From Flavobacteriales bacterium (lineage in GTDB: Bacteria; Bacteroidota; Bacteroidia; Flavobacteriales_F; PHOS-HE28), in assembly GCA_016703105.1 (NCBI GenBank), contig JADJCS010000020.1:179924-243923 (forward strand): DNA of 64,000 nt, in the 5' to 3' direction. Each line of letters begins with the position of its first letter. Within the stretch, counting starts at the first letter, position 1. Of this stretch, positions 38,597 to 48,885 are shown one piece after another. The notes beneath the pieces are model-generated. The model did not search any database, was not told the origin of the DNA, and saw only the letters and a program-made list of their open reading frames with translations. The position numbers and the translations under genes are program-made.

Positions 38597-38910
38597 AGGG
38601 GTGTTCGGCTCGACCGTCGATGGGCTTGTACTTCTTTGGAACAGTTCGTTGCGTCGTTGCTACTGCGGATCATGCCTGATCGGGAACCGCCCATCTGGAT
38701 GCGAAGTTGCGCTGGTTCCATCGTTGGACCATGACGACCTTGCGGACCACCCTCGCCGAATATGCTTCGCACCACATGCATGCTGGGAGGTAAGGATGGA
38801 ACCAATGATGAAGTAGCCATGGGAACGACCGAAGTGAATTGAACGGAACACGACCGTCGCGCTTACGTCAGAGGCGACAAGTCATCACGGTGCGGCGGCA
38901 CCGCGATCGA

Positions 38911-39300
38911 TCATCCGATCGACTTCGGCGGGTGGAATACGCTGCGCGATGCCCACTGGCCCACGCAGTCATCCTTCACGGAAGCAGGACCCACGCGTAG
39001 CAAACCCCCAAGCATAGGACCGGGCAACGCAAGGGAATGACCGGTGAATAGCGGAGAATGTCCGCTCGCGCCATGGAACGGCAGCTTCGCATGTTGGGCG
39101 GGTTCGCTCGCTTCGTGCCCGGGGTCGCAGTAGTGCAGAAGAACGAACTCGACCACGGTCAACTTCCCGTCAGCACGCTGTTGATGTTCCGTGTAATGCT
39201 CCTGAAGCGCAGGCGCCCTGAAGACCTCTATCAGCCCGGCCGATGCAAAGGCCATCAGAAAGACGTGGGCCGCGAATAGCGAGGCGGTGAGACTGCGCAC
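38911..39300 (-). CDS. Small His-rich protein, paralog A' of 24317..24703 (GTG start inferred by alignment with the paralog)
   Basis: '..LQEHYTEHQ..', 'HYCDPGHE', 'LPFHG', and a C-terminal 'GQWASRSVFHPPKSIG' identical to the paralog. Lengths match (129 vs 128 aa). Confidence 0.5.
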   Translation of the reverse strand: MRSLTASLFAAHVFLMAFASAGLIEVFRAPALQEHYTEHQQRADGKLTVVEFVLLHYCDPGHEASEPAQHAKLPFHGASGHSPLFTGHSLALPGPMLGGLLRVGPASVKDDCVGQWASRSVFHPPKSIG

Positions 39301-39512
39301 ATGCGAATCTAGACAAGTGCAGGAGGGTGGCGCACAAAGGCTCGACGAAAGGATGGTCAGCTTCGACGGACCGATCCCGGGTCGTGACCGTGGCTGGCGC
39401 AATGATCTCGATGCCTTTTCTCTTGTGGAACGAGCGCCTTCACGTTCTGGCGCGCCGACCGCCATTCATTGTGGCTGGCTTTGGGTACGTAGGAACTTGC
39501 GCTATGCAAGGA

Positions 39513-41342
39513 CTAACGCGAAACGATCAACCGCCTGGTGAGCGTGCCACTCTCGGAGACCACTGCCACCAGGTATGTGCCGATGGGCAAATGACTCACA
39601 TCGATCACCGCACCATTGGCCGTGGCTGTGATAGGTGCGCCGATCTGTTGGCCCCGATCGTTGAGCAGGCGGATGCCATTCTGCCCCTTGCTTCGGAAGA
39701 CCACGTTCACAAGGTCCTGGGCGGGGACCGGGTAGACGAGCAGTTCCTCCCGCGCCCGGCCGATGTGAACACTTACCACATCGCTCACGGTGGAGTGGCC
39801 GTCGTGGTCGGTCTGTTGAAGGCGGTAGTAGTTAAGACCGGCTCGGGGCTGCGGGTCCAGCGCGCTGTATTCGAGCATAGTGAGGCTCGTGCCAGCGCCG
39901 GGTACCGTGGTTACATCGATCCAGTCGCTGCCTTCGGTGCTGCGCTGCACGGTATAATGGTCGTTGTTCTGCTCTGAGGCGGTGGCCCAGGTGAGATGAA
40001 CGGTCCGATCTTCCCGCACGTCGGCCTCGAAATTCAAGAGTTCAACTGGCAATGAGGTCTGAACCAGGTTGATGGTGCCCAAGGTGAACCGGCGGTCGTT
40101 CACCAGCGCGTTCACACCGGCGAAACGGTAGAGGTTGCCACCGACCGAGCTCGCCGCGATCGCCACGGGCGCATCATCGGCGAAGACACCATTGTTGTTC
40201 AGGTCCACCAGCAGTCGCAGATCGCTCGCCGTCACAGGGCCCTGACCCGTGAGGTCGAAGGTGATGTTCACGTTGCCCACATCCACGGCGCCCCCGGCGG
40301 CGTTCACCTCGTTCACGCGCCATACCCGGTGCCAGCGGCCTTGCAGGCCGACAGGAAAGTCGGTGCTCCCGATGGCGTGCAGCGCGGCATTGTCATGGCC
40401 CCAAAGGAGGAACTCGTTGTTCCCGAGACCGGTCGCATTGTTGATCTGCACCACCCCTCCGCGTGCATCGGTATGTTGGTTGGTGAGGCCGGTGCGACCG
40501 ATCCCCGCCATTTCGTGATCATAGTCACCGTTCGCGGGATCATCCTGCACATAGATGTTGTTGGCGCTCAACGGTAGGGCATACTTGGCACTGAGGTAGT
40601 TGTTGACTATGATGCGCTGGGTGGAGTTCACCGGGCTGTCGTAGATGATCACTTCGGCCAGATCGCCGTCCATGTTCCAGCCGCTGGTTCCCTGCACATT
40701 GCCGAGATAGAGGGGGTTCGCGTTGTTGGCGGGGAGCTGCAGCAGGCTCGCATCGGAATAGATAGTAGTGCCTGCTTTGTATGCGGTGCGTGAAGGGAAG
40801 AGGAAGAAGATCACCGTGTTGGTGTACTCCAGCAAGCTGAAGGACGAGCTCGTGGTACCGACCGGCGCAGCGGGCGAGGAGAGCAGGTTGAGGATATCGA
40901 AGATGGGCATGAGCATGGCCCCATCGTTCGGGCTCCAGAGGGCATAGTTCGGCTGCGTGCTGGTTCCCTTGGCCAGCCAGGCGTTGTTGCTCTTCGCGGT
41001 GTTCTCCGCGCTCACGAAGAAGATGTCCCACTGGTTCATATCGAGCGAGCCCGCGTCGGGTATGCGCATCTCATCGTCCACCCCGTCGAAGGAGATCATG
41101 GGATGGCCGTTCAGCGCCGAACCCACCCATGTGGATCGCGTGGCCACCGAGGGGCTCGCGGCGTTGTTGCCGTTCCCGCTGCGGTCGGTCCAGTTGGTCA
41201 CCGCTGTGCCGGCCACGGTCGCGCTGTTATCGGCGCTCAGCCAGAGCACGTTGTTGGCGCTGGTGCCCACCCCGCCCGGACCCGTTTGGGCCAGGGCTCC
41301 GGGCCCTATGCAGAGCGCGGCGATGAGCGGTAGGTAGCGCAT
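39513..41342 (-). CDS. T9SS type-A C-terminal sorting domain protein with a LamG/concanavalin-like lectin domain
   Basis: Signal peptide 'MRYLPLIAALCIGPGALAQ'. C-terminal 'LLVYPVPAQDLVNVVF..HLPIGTYLVAVVSESG' is a Por_Secre_tail pattern. Confidence 0.75.
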   Translation of the reverse strand: MRYLPLIAALCIGPGALAQTGPGGVGTSANNVLWLSADNSATVAGTAVTNWTDRSGNGNNAASPSVATRSTWVGSALNGHPMISFDGVDDEMRIPDAGSLDMNQWDIFFVSAENTAKSNNAWLAKGTSTQPNYALWSPNDGAMLMPIFDILNLLSSPAAPVGTTSSSFSLLEYTNTVIFFLFPSRTAYKAGTTIYSDASLLQLPANNANPLYLGNVQGTSGWNMDGDLAEVIIYDSPVNSTQRIIVNNYLSAKYALPLSANNIYVQDDPANGDYDHEMAGIGRTGLTNQHTDARGGVVQINNATGLGNNEFLLWGHDNAALHAIGSTDFPVGLQGRWHRVWRVNEVNAAGGAVDVGNVNITFDLTGQGPVTASDLRLLVDLNNNGVFADDAPVAIAASSVGGNLYRFAGVNALVNDRRFTLGTINLVQTSLPVELLNFEADVREDRTVHLTWATASEQNNDHYTVQRSTEGSDWIDVTTVPGAGTSLTMLEYSALDPQPRAGLNYYRLQQTDHDGHSTVSDVVSVHIGRAREELLVYPVPAQDLVNVVFRSKGQNGIRLLNDRGQQIGAPITATANGAVIDVSHLPIGTYLVAVVSESGTLTRRLIVSR

Positions 41343-41533
41343 AGGTCCAAGGAGTAGACGCTTCAACGCAGGGGGCGGCCCCGGGGTTCCGAAAGGGGAA
41401 GGTGCCTGGAGCGCGGAAGGATCGCAGCCGGTGCTACGCCCGGAGCCCGGTAAGCAAGGGATCGACTCTGCGGAGATATAGGACCGGGGAGGTGGTATTG
41501 GGGTTCTAATTCCGCACGAGGGCGGCAACAACC

Positions 41534-43081
41534 TTAGTCGACCACCAACCGCTTGCTGCGCGCTTCCTGTTCTGAGCGCATCGTGAGGGTGTATAGGCCA
41601 GCGGGCAAATGGCCTACGTTCAACCAATGGGCGGTCCCGTTCATTCGTTCGTGTGCCACCGCTCGTCCGAACGCGTCAGTGATCGTGATCGTGGCCTTGC
41701 ACATTTCCTTGTCGCTGGAAACGCGAATGAGATCATTTCCCGGGTTGGGCGAGATGGTGAGGACGGGCGTGCTCATTTCCTGCGCGCCAGTGGCGATATC
41801 ACCGAGTTTGACGATCCAACCTTCGAAGCCACCGTGGCTGTTGGTGATCTCACCATCGCTCGATCGGGCGAAGGACGCGACCACGCAGCCACCGTCGGCG
41901 GTTTGTTGGATCCCTCCACCTACATCATAGTCGCTTCCCCCCAAGGGTTTCTGCCATTCGAGCCAACCGATGCTATCAAGCTTCATCACCCAAGTGTCGT
42001 AATTGCCATGGTTCCCTGAGACATCGCCGTCGTTCGAGGTCGTATGGCCCGATAGAATGTAACCTCCATCGTTGGTGAGCTGGATGCCATGCGCGGAATC
42101 GTCACCGCTACCACCGATGGCGCGTTGCCACGAGAGCGCACCCGTGCTGTCAAGCTTCACCACCCATACATCGCGGCCACCGTGGTTGCCTGTGACATCC
42201 CCATCCGCAGAGGAGGTCACCCCGGCCACGATGTAGCCGCCGTCAGCGGTCTGGAGGATCGAACCCGCACCGTCCACGTCGCTGCCACCGAGGGTTCGTT
42301 GCCAGAGAAGTGTACCAACGTCATCGAACTTTACGATCCAGAAGTCGTTCTCGCCTTGATTGCCGGTGACGTCACCATTGATGGAGTACGTAAGACCTGC
42401 AGCGACATAACCTCCATCGCTGGTGAACGCGATGGAGCTCGCGGTATCATAGCTTGTTCCGCCAAAGGTCTTCTGCCAGAGCACCGTTCCAGCTGAGTCG
42501 AGCTTCACGATCCAGAAGTCACGGTCCCCGTGGTTCCCGGTAACGTCGCCGTCGTTGGAAGAGGTCTGCCCTGCAATGATGTACCCGTTGTCGCTTGTTC
42601 TCAAAATGGTTTGGGCGTAGTCGCCGTCGCTGCCGCCGAGGGCTTTCTGCCAGAGGAGCGTTCCCGAAGCATCGAGCTTCACTACCCACATGTCATCGCC
42701 TCCATGATATCCCGTGACGTCCCCATTGTTCGAAGTCGTGTAACCCGCCGCGACGTAGCCTCCGTCGCTGGTCTGTTCTATCGAGTACGCTCTATCGTCC
42801 AACGATCCCCCAAGGGGCTTTTGCCAGATCAGCGCACCGGTCGCGTCCAACTTCACCACCCATAGATCATCGCCACCATGGTTGCCAGAGACGTCGCCGT
42901 TGTTCGAATGCGTGGATCCGGCGGCTATGTACCCTCCGTCAATGGTTTGTTCAACATCGGCTGTGTAGTCCGATCCACTACCCCCCAAGGCTCTCTCCCA
43001 TTCGATCCCGGGTGCCCACTGCGCGAAGGCGGACCCGAAAAGCAACAGGCCGATCAGAGCGAGCAGCGCGCGGTTTTCCAT
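41534..43081 (-). CDS. T9SS type-A sorting domain protein built from ~9 tandem ~40-aa repeats ('W.K.LGGS..D.A.SI.QT.DGGY..AG.T.SNDGDVTGNHGG.D.WVVKLD..G.L')
   Basis: Signal peptide 'MENRALLALIGLLLFGSAFAQ'. The repeats are read directly. C-terminal 'LTISPNPGNDLIRV...GLYTLTM' is the Por_Secre_tail. Confidence 0.75.
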   Translation of the reverse strand: MENRALLALIGLLLFGSAFAQWAPGIEWERALGGSGSDYTADVEQTIDGGYIAAGSTHSNNGDVSGNHGGDDLWVVKLDATGALIWQKPLGGSLDDRAYSIEQTSDGGYVAAGYTTSNNGDVTGYHGGDDMWVVKLDASGTLLWQKALGGSDGDYAQTILRTSDNGYIIAGQTSSNDGDVTGNHGDRDFWIVKLDSAGTVLWQKTFGGTSYDTASSIAFTSDGGYVAAGLTYSINGDVTGNQGENDFWIVKFDDVGTLLWQRTLGGSDVDGAGSILQTADGGYIVAGVTSSADGDVTGNHGGRDVWVVKLDSTGALSWQRAIGGSGDDSAHGIQLTNDGGYILSGHTTSNDGDVSGNHGNYDTWVMKLDSIGWLEWQKPLGGSDYDVGGGIQQTADGGCVVASFARSSDGEITNSHGGFEGWIVKLGDIATGAQEMSTPVLTISPNPGNDLIRVSSDKEMCKATITITDAFGRAVAHERMNGTAHWLNVGHLPAGLYTLTMRSEQEARSKRLVVD

Positions 43082-43146
43082 GTACGCATGACGAGCGATG
43101 AAGGTAAGGGAAGCCTTATCCTGAGCCGGAACAGTTGCGGGACGGA

Positions 43147-43545
43147 TCATTTCAATGTGATCGGCACATTGATCTTCATCGGCACCGGCCGTCCATCCAT
43201 CGTGGCCGGTTCGAAACGCAGCAGCTCGCGCGTCATCTCGATGGCGGCCGTGTCCACATCGGCGCGCACGCCCTTGAGGATCGTTGGATCCGTCGTGTGG
43301 CCCAACGTATCCACCGTGAACTGCACGAGGATCTTGCCCTGCACCCCTTCCTTCCGCGCGGCCTTCGGAAATTTGTACGTGTAGGCTACATCGCGCAGCA
43401 AGCCTTCTTCGCCGGAGGGGTAGTAGGCGGCCTGATTGATGTGCATCACGTTGTCCGGGGTGTACACGGTATCCACTCGGCCGCTTTGCGCGAACGTTGC
43501 TGCGCTCACGAACATTCCAAGCGCTACTCCAAAGACCTTGTGCAT
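43147..43545 (-). CDS. Secreted TonB C-terminal-domain-like protein
   Basis: Signal peptide 'MHKVFGVALGMFVSAATFAQ'. 'GKILVQFTVDTLGHTTDPTILKGV..LDTAAIEMTRELLRFEPATMDGRPVPMKINVPI' follows the TonB_C fold pattern. Confidence 0.55.
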   Translation of the reverse strand: MHKVFGVALGMFVSAATFAQSGRVDTVYTPDNVMHINQAAYYPSGEEGLLRDVAYTYKFPKAARKEGVQGKILVQFTVDTLGHTTDPTILKGVRADVDTAAIEMTRELLRFEPATMDGRPVPMKINVPITLK

Positions 43546-43597
43546 GCGACTAAGCGATGGCGGCACCTCGAAAGTAGGATGCGGTGGCCGACCCGGA

Positions 43598-44137
43598 TCA
43601 TTTCGTTGCGTCGAACCGCACCCGGAACACCAACACCTCCTCGCCTCGGTGCGTGCCCCGTTTCTCGAAGGTCATTCCGTTGCGCTTCGCCACCGCCTGG
43701 CTGTTGGCGTTCTCCGGATCGATGAGCGAGATGACCGAGGACGCCAGTTGATGCTCCCGTGCGAATTCCTTGCAGGCGATCGCCGCCTCTGTCGCATAGC
43801 CACGGCCCCAGGCCGAGGGCAACAAGTGGTAACCGATCTCGAGCTCGGGCAGGTCGTCAACTTCCTGCACCAGCAAGCCTACAAAGCCGATGGGTCCTCC
43901 CGTGGCGCGATCGCTGATCACGTTCAGGCAGGAGCCGTCGCGGGCGATGCGGTCCAACGAGCGCTGGATGAAGAAGGCGCAGTCCGCCTCACTGCCCGCG
44001 GTGAAGGGCATGAAGCGGATCGCTTCCGCATCGTTGATGTACTCCATCCACCAACCGCGGTCGTCCATGGTCGGCCTGCGGAAGAGCAGGCGATCGGTGG
44101 CGAGGCCTTCGAGCGAGGGGATGGGGAGGCGGAGCAT
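43598..44137 (-). CDS. GNAT family N-acetyltransferase (RimJ/RimL-like)
   Basis: 'IGFVGLL..EIGYHLLPSAWGRGYATEA' is the acetyl-CoA binding motif arrangement. Confidence 0.85.
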   Translation of the reverse strand: MLRLPIPSLEGLATDRLLFRRPTMDDRGWWMEYINDAEAIRFMPFTAGSEADCAFFIQRSLDRIARDGSCLNVISDRATGGPIGFVGLLVQEVDDLPELEIGYHLLPSAWGRGYATEAAIACKEFAREHQLASSVISLIDPENANSQAVAKRNGMTFEKRGTHRGEEVLVFRVRFDATK

Positions 44138-44506
44138 GCGGCAAATGTGGGATGGGAATGGTCACACAGCGCATCGCGTGGGATCCCGTCTTCCCGGCGT
44201 CGGCCCGATCGACGCGGCTTCTACTTTTAGTTTATGGTCCCGTGTTCTGCTGAAAGAGTGAGGCGTGCGTGGCAAGTGAGAGGGCAGGCCGTCCTCTTGT
44301 GCCCAACCGCAAGGCCAAGAAATGAACCCCAAGCCCAGAACGCACGCTCAAGCCAAGGGTCTGTTGCCTGAAGGCCTATGGGCTCCGCCCACCTTTTTAC
44401 CCGTGTTCGCGCGCAGCCCCGACGTGTCCGGGTGCGAAGCGATCTTTCATCTGTTGAGTAGGCGCTACCTGCGCGCGCTCCCGCGCCTCCTTCGACGGCG
44501 TTCGTG

Positions 44507-44833
44507 CTACTTCACGAACACGATCTCCGCATCCGGAGCCTCGTGCTTCACGGCCTCGATGCCTTTGTCGCGCGCGGCGGTGCTGGTATACACTTCGCTG
44601 GTGCCCACCACTTCGCCGTTGTAGGCCTGCAGGGTGAAGCTGTGGCCGGCATCGCTGCGTTTGCGCTCGTAGTTCATTGCATCGGGTGCGAGCTTCTGCA
44701 CCACCTCAATGCCCTCTTCCGCATCGGCGCGCGTGGAATAGCCTTCGCTCGCCAGAATGATCTTGCCGTTGCCGGCTTTCAGGCGGAAGCGGTGGTCCTT
44801 CGCCTTGTCCAGGAATATCTCGAATGTGCCCAT
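44507..44833 (-). CDS. YegP/DUF1508 family protein (tandem DUF1508 repeats)
   Basis: Two ~50-aa repeats 'F.L.A.NG..I..SE.Y....A..GIE.V'. Confidence 0.75.
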   Translation of the reverse strand: MGTFEIFLDKAKDHRFRLKAGNGKIILASEGYSTRADAEEGIEVVQKLAPDAMNYERKRSDAGHSFTLQAYNGEVVGTSEVYTSTAARDKGIEAVKHEAPDAEIVFVK

Positions 44834-44902
44834 GCGTTGATCAGTGGATCACCGAACATACGGCAAAGACGACCATGCCCAGCCCATGCCCGCCCGGCTG
44901 GG

Positions 44903-45247
44903 TCACAAGCGTAAGAGTTTCCAAAGCACGAATACCAGCACCGCGGTGTTCAGCGCCATGGTCACCACTGACTTCAGGAAGGGGAAGATCATGGCGCAAT
45001 GCACCAGCATGCTGAGGCTTGTGGCCGCGCAGAGCCAGAGGATCAGCGGCCGGCCTTCATCCACGGCCGCTTGTGCGAAGAGGTGAACAACGCCGCACGT
45101 GAGCAGGATATGGCCGTCCATCAGCAGGCGCAGCAGTTCGCGATCGTATCCTGTTTTGTGCTTGGCGAGCACGAAGCCATCATGCAGCAGGCCATTGGCC
45201 ACGGCCCAAAGACCGTTGAGCAGGATGGGTATGCGCAGTCCGCTCAT
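44903..45247 (-). CDS. Small hypothetical membrane protein (~114 aa, 3-4 TM)
   Basis: Hydrophobic ORF. Start set at the internal Met so that it does not overlap the + strand gene at 45341. Confidence 0.4.
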   Translation of the reverse strand: MSGLRIPILLNGLWAVANGLLHDGFVLAKHKTGYDRELLRLLMDGHILLTCGVVHLFAQAAVDEGRPLILWLCAATSLSMLVHCAMIFPFLKSVVTMALNTAVLVFVLWKLLRL

Positions 45248-45340
45248 ATCCACGAAAGTAACCGTCGCTGCGGTGTAATATCTTCCAACGTTCTCCGCTC
45301 GTGGTCCGGTGTTTGCGCACCTTGTGCCCACCCACCATCG

Positions 45341-45688
45341 ATGTTGGAACGAAAACTCCTGCTCCTCGCCATCACGGCGGCCTTCTCGCTCGCCCTTCCG
45401 GCCCAAAGCCCGCAAGATCTTGCGCGCATGGGATGGGAACCCTTGTCGGACAGCCTCTATTTGGTCTGGAACCTGAGCACGGACCAGATCAAGCGCATCG
45501 CCATGATCGAGGACGACTACGAAGTGGAACGCACCGCTCTGGTCTCGGATCCCAAGCTATCCGAAGCGGTGCGCGATACCCGGTTGCGCGCACTGGCCAA
45601 TGCGCGCCGGAAAGAGATCAAGGGTGTGTTGAAGGCGGAACAGTACGAGGATTGGCAGAAGCGGACCCGGGTTGGGGGGCAACACTGA
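45341..45688 (+). CDS. Small secreted protein (115 aa), signal peptide 'MLERKLLLLAITAAFSLALPAQ'
   Basis: ORF with a clear signal peptide and a charged helical remainder. Confidence 0.5.
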   Translation: MLERKLLLLAITAAFSLALPAQSPQDLARMGWEPLSDSLYLVWNLSTDQIKRIAMIEDDYEVERTALVSDPKLSEAVRDTRLRALANARRKEIKGVLKAEQYEDWQKRTRVGGQH

Positions 45689-45718
45689 TCCCATCCTTCG
45701 CCTCCACACTCTTCCGGA

Positions 45719-47494
45719 TCACAACCCGAAAGGAAGCGCGCGTATCCAAAGCTCGGTTCGGACCCCGGTGACGGAATCGTTCCGAAGCAATTCCACCACT
45801 ACCAGGTAGTCGCCCCACGCATCGGGGCGTGGTATGGTGAGCCCTTGCACAATGCTCCGATGCGGTGCGATGTCCTGCTCCATGGCGGTGGGGAAGGGAT
45901 CCGCGAGAACGATGGCGCGATGCGCGGAGTGGACCGTACACCGCAACCGCAATGGATGCTGGTCCGCCGCTAGACAACCGAACGTGGTCGCTCCGTGGTT
46001 GGTGATCCGGATCGGGACCACCGTGCTTTGCGCGGGGGTGAAGAACAAGTCTCCGCCGAGCGGTTCCAGCGTGAGCGCGCTGTTCGGGTCGAGCGCATCG
46101 TGCGCTGAGGTCGTCACTAGCTCGTAGCCCGTGTGAGGCAGTGCGAAGTAGCGTTCGTTCAGGTAGCGGCCGTCGAACCATTCGGGATCCCAGCTCGGAC
46201 CGATGAAACTCCCCTGGCCACCGGCCTGCGCGCGATACGGGGCGATCGCATCGTCGCAGAAGAAGGTGACGGTACTATCGGGGCCGTGGAGCGCGGAGAT
46301 CAGCGCGGTTTCCATGGGAACGGGCCAATGCGAAAGCACATAGCCCCAGGGCAGAACGCGTGAAGTGCCGATGGCCTTTCGAACGCCACGATCGCGAAGC
46401 GCGGAGGTGAGCCGTTCCGCGTACCGCACCTTATCCGTTGCCAGGTGGTGGGAACGCACTACATGCCAGGCGCCGAGGGCCATGACCGAGCAGGCCGCAG
46501 CAAGCACCCAGCGTGGAGCGCGCGTGTACAACGCGTGCGCGGCGCTCGTGAACGCCGCGCACCAGCAGAAGGCGATCACCGGATAGAAGTTCTCGAACAT
46601 GATGGCGGAGCCAACGGCGCGATCCGCGATCAGGATCAGCGCCAGCGAGGCGCTACTGAACAGCAGGGTCCATGCCAGCGACCAGTAACGACGTGCCCAT
46701 ACGAGGCCCGCGCACGCAAGCGCCATCAGGAGTAGGAACGCCTTGAAGTCCGCAAAGGCATCGAGCAGGTGAAGCGTGCTCGGTAGCTCCCAAAGCGCGG
46801 GCAGCTGAACCACCACATCGTGGTATGTGGGCATGCGCGCCTGCTCGTAGTCGGTGCTCTGGATCAAGGTGAGGCGCGCTGCGGACAGCAGCACCAGGAG
46901 CGCGGAGAGCACGAGGTAACGCACGTTCCGCCACGACCGCGTGTCGATACCCACGTACACGATCAGGAACGCGATCGGGATCAATAGCACCTGATGGTAC
47001 AATGAAGCCCACACCGCGGTGAGCAATGCTGCGGATCCCCAGACCCATGCACGGGTCGCCGTACGCACGGTCCTTCGGAAAAGGACCTCAAGGAGCACGC
47101 AGAACGCGATGCCCTGGTTCACTTCGCTCACGCCGTAATAGAAGGTGATGCCCATCCCCGCCACGAGCGTGAGAGGCAGGGTCATCGCACCGCGCGTATC
47201 GCGCAACGGCCAGCCGATCAACGCGAACACACCCACCGGCACCAGTGCCAAACAGAGCGAATAGGAGAGGAGCACCAGGTCCAACGAGGCCCCTCCGCGG
47301 ATCAACGCAAGGGGCAGGAACTGTGGAAGCCACGATCCGATGCGGTGGTGGAAGCTCACCACCTCCCCGGTATCGATCAGCAGGAACGAATAGAAGGCGC
47401 TATCGAAACAGGCGGTGCGTTCCAGGTGGAAATGCCAGGCGAGAACGAACAGGAAACCCAAGGCGATGGCCCCGGCCCAACGCACCGCGCGCAT
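45719..47494 (-). CDS. Large polytopic membrane protein, hypothetical (many TM helices in the N-terminal 400 aa, soluble C-terminal domain)
   Basis: Long ORF; multiple hydrophobic helices; no recognised motif. Confidence 0.55.
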   Translation of the reverse strand: MRAVRWAGAIALGFLFVLAWHFHLERTACFDSAFYSFLLIDTGEVVSFHHRIGSWLPQFLPLALIRGGASLDLVLLSYSLCLALVPVGVFALIGWPLRDTRGAMTLPLTLVAGMGITFYYGVSEVNQGIAFCVLLEVLFRRTVRTATRAWVWGSAALLTAVWASLYHQVLLIPIAFLIVYVGIDTRSWRNVRYLVLSALLVLLSAARLTLIQSTDYEQARMPTYHDVVVQLPALWELPSTLHLLDAFADFKAFLLLMALACAGLVWARRYWSLAWTLLFSSASLALILIADRAVGSAIMFENFYPVIAFCWCAAFTSAAHALYTRAPRWVLAAACSVMALGAWHVVRSHHLATDKVRYAERLTSALRDRGVRKAIGTSRVLPWGYVLSHWPVPMETALISALHGPDSTVTFFCDDAIAPYRAQAGGQGSFIGPSWDPEWFDGRYLNERYFALPHTGYELVTTSAHDALDPNSALTLEPLGGDLFFTPAQSTVVPIRITNHGATTFGCLAADQHPLRLRCTVHSAHRAIVLADPFPTAMEQDIAPHRSIVQGLTIPRPDAWGDYLVVVELLRNDSVTGVRTELWIRALPFGL

Positions 47495-47650
47495 CGATGG
47501 AGGAGCTCCGTTCACGTTCGGTCCCACGGATACAATGTAGCATCCGGGGCTGAAGGCCATTTCATCGGACGGGGATCACGGCAGGCAGGTTCCGTGATCC
47601 CTCCTTCCTGTCCGGAGCACTTTTTTCCATCCGTATCCGTTCATCCCGTG

Positions 47651-48151
47651 ATGCGCACCCTTGGTCTATTAATGGCATGCTCGCTCGCGGCACTGAACGT
47701 GTTCGCTCAACCCGGAGGGGTCGTTCGCACCCATGCCGACAGCCTTCCTCCGTTGAACAAGGGTGTGCTGACCTTCGTGCGCTCGCAGGTGAACAAGCGC
47801 GTGGGCCGCGGCGAATGTTGGGACCTGGCCGCTGCCGCCTTGGACGTGGTGAAGGCGCGATGGGATGGAGCGTATTTTTTCGGTAGACCCGTGGATCCAC
47901 GCACAGAAGTGATCCTGCCGGGCGACATCGTTCAGTTCGAGGGCGTGGAAGTGCTCTACGAGGAGGAAGGGATCACCACGCGCCAACGCATGCCGCACCA
48001 TACAGCGGTCATCTACGAAGCGCATGGTGAAGGGCGCTACACGCTGGCACACCAGAACTTCGGACCGGCCGGCCGCAAGGTGGGTTTGTCCGAATGGTCC
48101 ACCGCACATGTGGTAAAAGGCAAGTACACCTTCTTCCGGCCCGCTCCGTGA
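47651..48151 (+). CDS. Secreted hypothetical protein (166 aa), signal peptide 'MRTLGLLMACSLAALNVFAQ'
   Basis: ORF plus a signal peptide. 'GRGECWDLAAAAL' hints at a CHAP/NlpC-like Cys, but this is uncertain. Confidence 0.5.
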   Translation: MRTLGLLMACSLAALNVFAQPGGVVRTHADSLPPLNKGVLTFVRSQVNKRVGRGECWDLAAAALDVVKARWDGAYFFGRPVDPRTEVILPGDIVQFEGVEVLYEEEGITTRQRMPHHTAVIYEAHGEGRYTLAHQNFGPAGRKVGLSEWSTAHVVKGKYTFFRPAP

Positions 48152-48265
48152 TCGTGCCGCATCCTGGGCGGTCCGATAGGAGGCCTGGATCATCGTGACC
48201 GCATCGCACGATGCGGTCACGACATCCGCTCAAGTCCACGGCCTATTCACCGGGGCTGTTCCCGC

Positions 48266-48691
48266 TCAAGCCGCCTTCTTGCCCATGCCGAGCACCAGTC
48301 CGGCCACGGCGCCCAGCACCGCGCTCATGCACACGTTCACCAGCACGTCCACCACAATAATGGTCGTGTTGGCGTACATGTTCGACATGGCCAAGAAGTA
48401 CATGTCCATCGAGAAAGTGATCAGACCTCCGAGGATCGCGCCCGGCACCGCGCCGCCCATCGCAGTGTTCACGCCCATGCGCCACAACGACCAGCCGACA
48501 ATGGTGCCCCAACCCAGGTTGGCGAGCAGCATGGCCACCATGTTCATGTCCGCCTCTTCCCTCCACATCCCTTCAATGGGGTTCATGTTCGACTCGTAGT
48601 ACCCCATCAGCAACATCCCGAACACCACCCAGCCCAGCAGAAAGCTGGCTACACCTGCCGCAAGCGACGCGAGTATCACTTTCGTGTTCAT
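48266..48691 (-). CDS. Small membrane protein, hypothetical (4 TM, Gly/Met-rich)
   Basis: Hydrophobic ORF 'MNTKVILASLAAGVASFLLGWVVFGMLL..'. Confidence 0.5.
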   Translation of the reverse strand: MNTKVILASLAAGVASFLLGWVVFGMLLMGYYESNMNPIEGMWREEADMNMVAMLLANLGWGTIVGWSLWRMGVNTAMGGAVPGAILGGLITFSMDMYFLAMSNMYANTTIIVVDVLVNVCMSAVLGAVAGLVLGMGKKAA

Positions 48692-48885
48692 GATCGTTCA
48701 GTTTTGGTGGAACGTGGTTCGAAACTAACCGGGAGGCCGTTCGCGCCGGGCTGAGCCGTTCGTGTTCGTGAACCAGCCATGGTTCATTTCTTCCATCGAC
48801 CGCGATCCCCCGCTGGTCGAGGATCAGGGATCCGACCGCGCCGGGCGCCGTAGTTTGGCCGTCCGTACCTCGCGCGCAGCGACGC

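Noticed and set aside
44999-45340. Long 229-aa reading of ORF 44999..45688
   Set aside because: The upstream 114 codons overlap the minus-strand membrane gene and lack protein-like features. The real gene is taken to begin at the signal-peptide Met at 45341.
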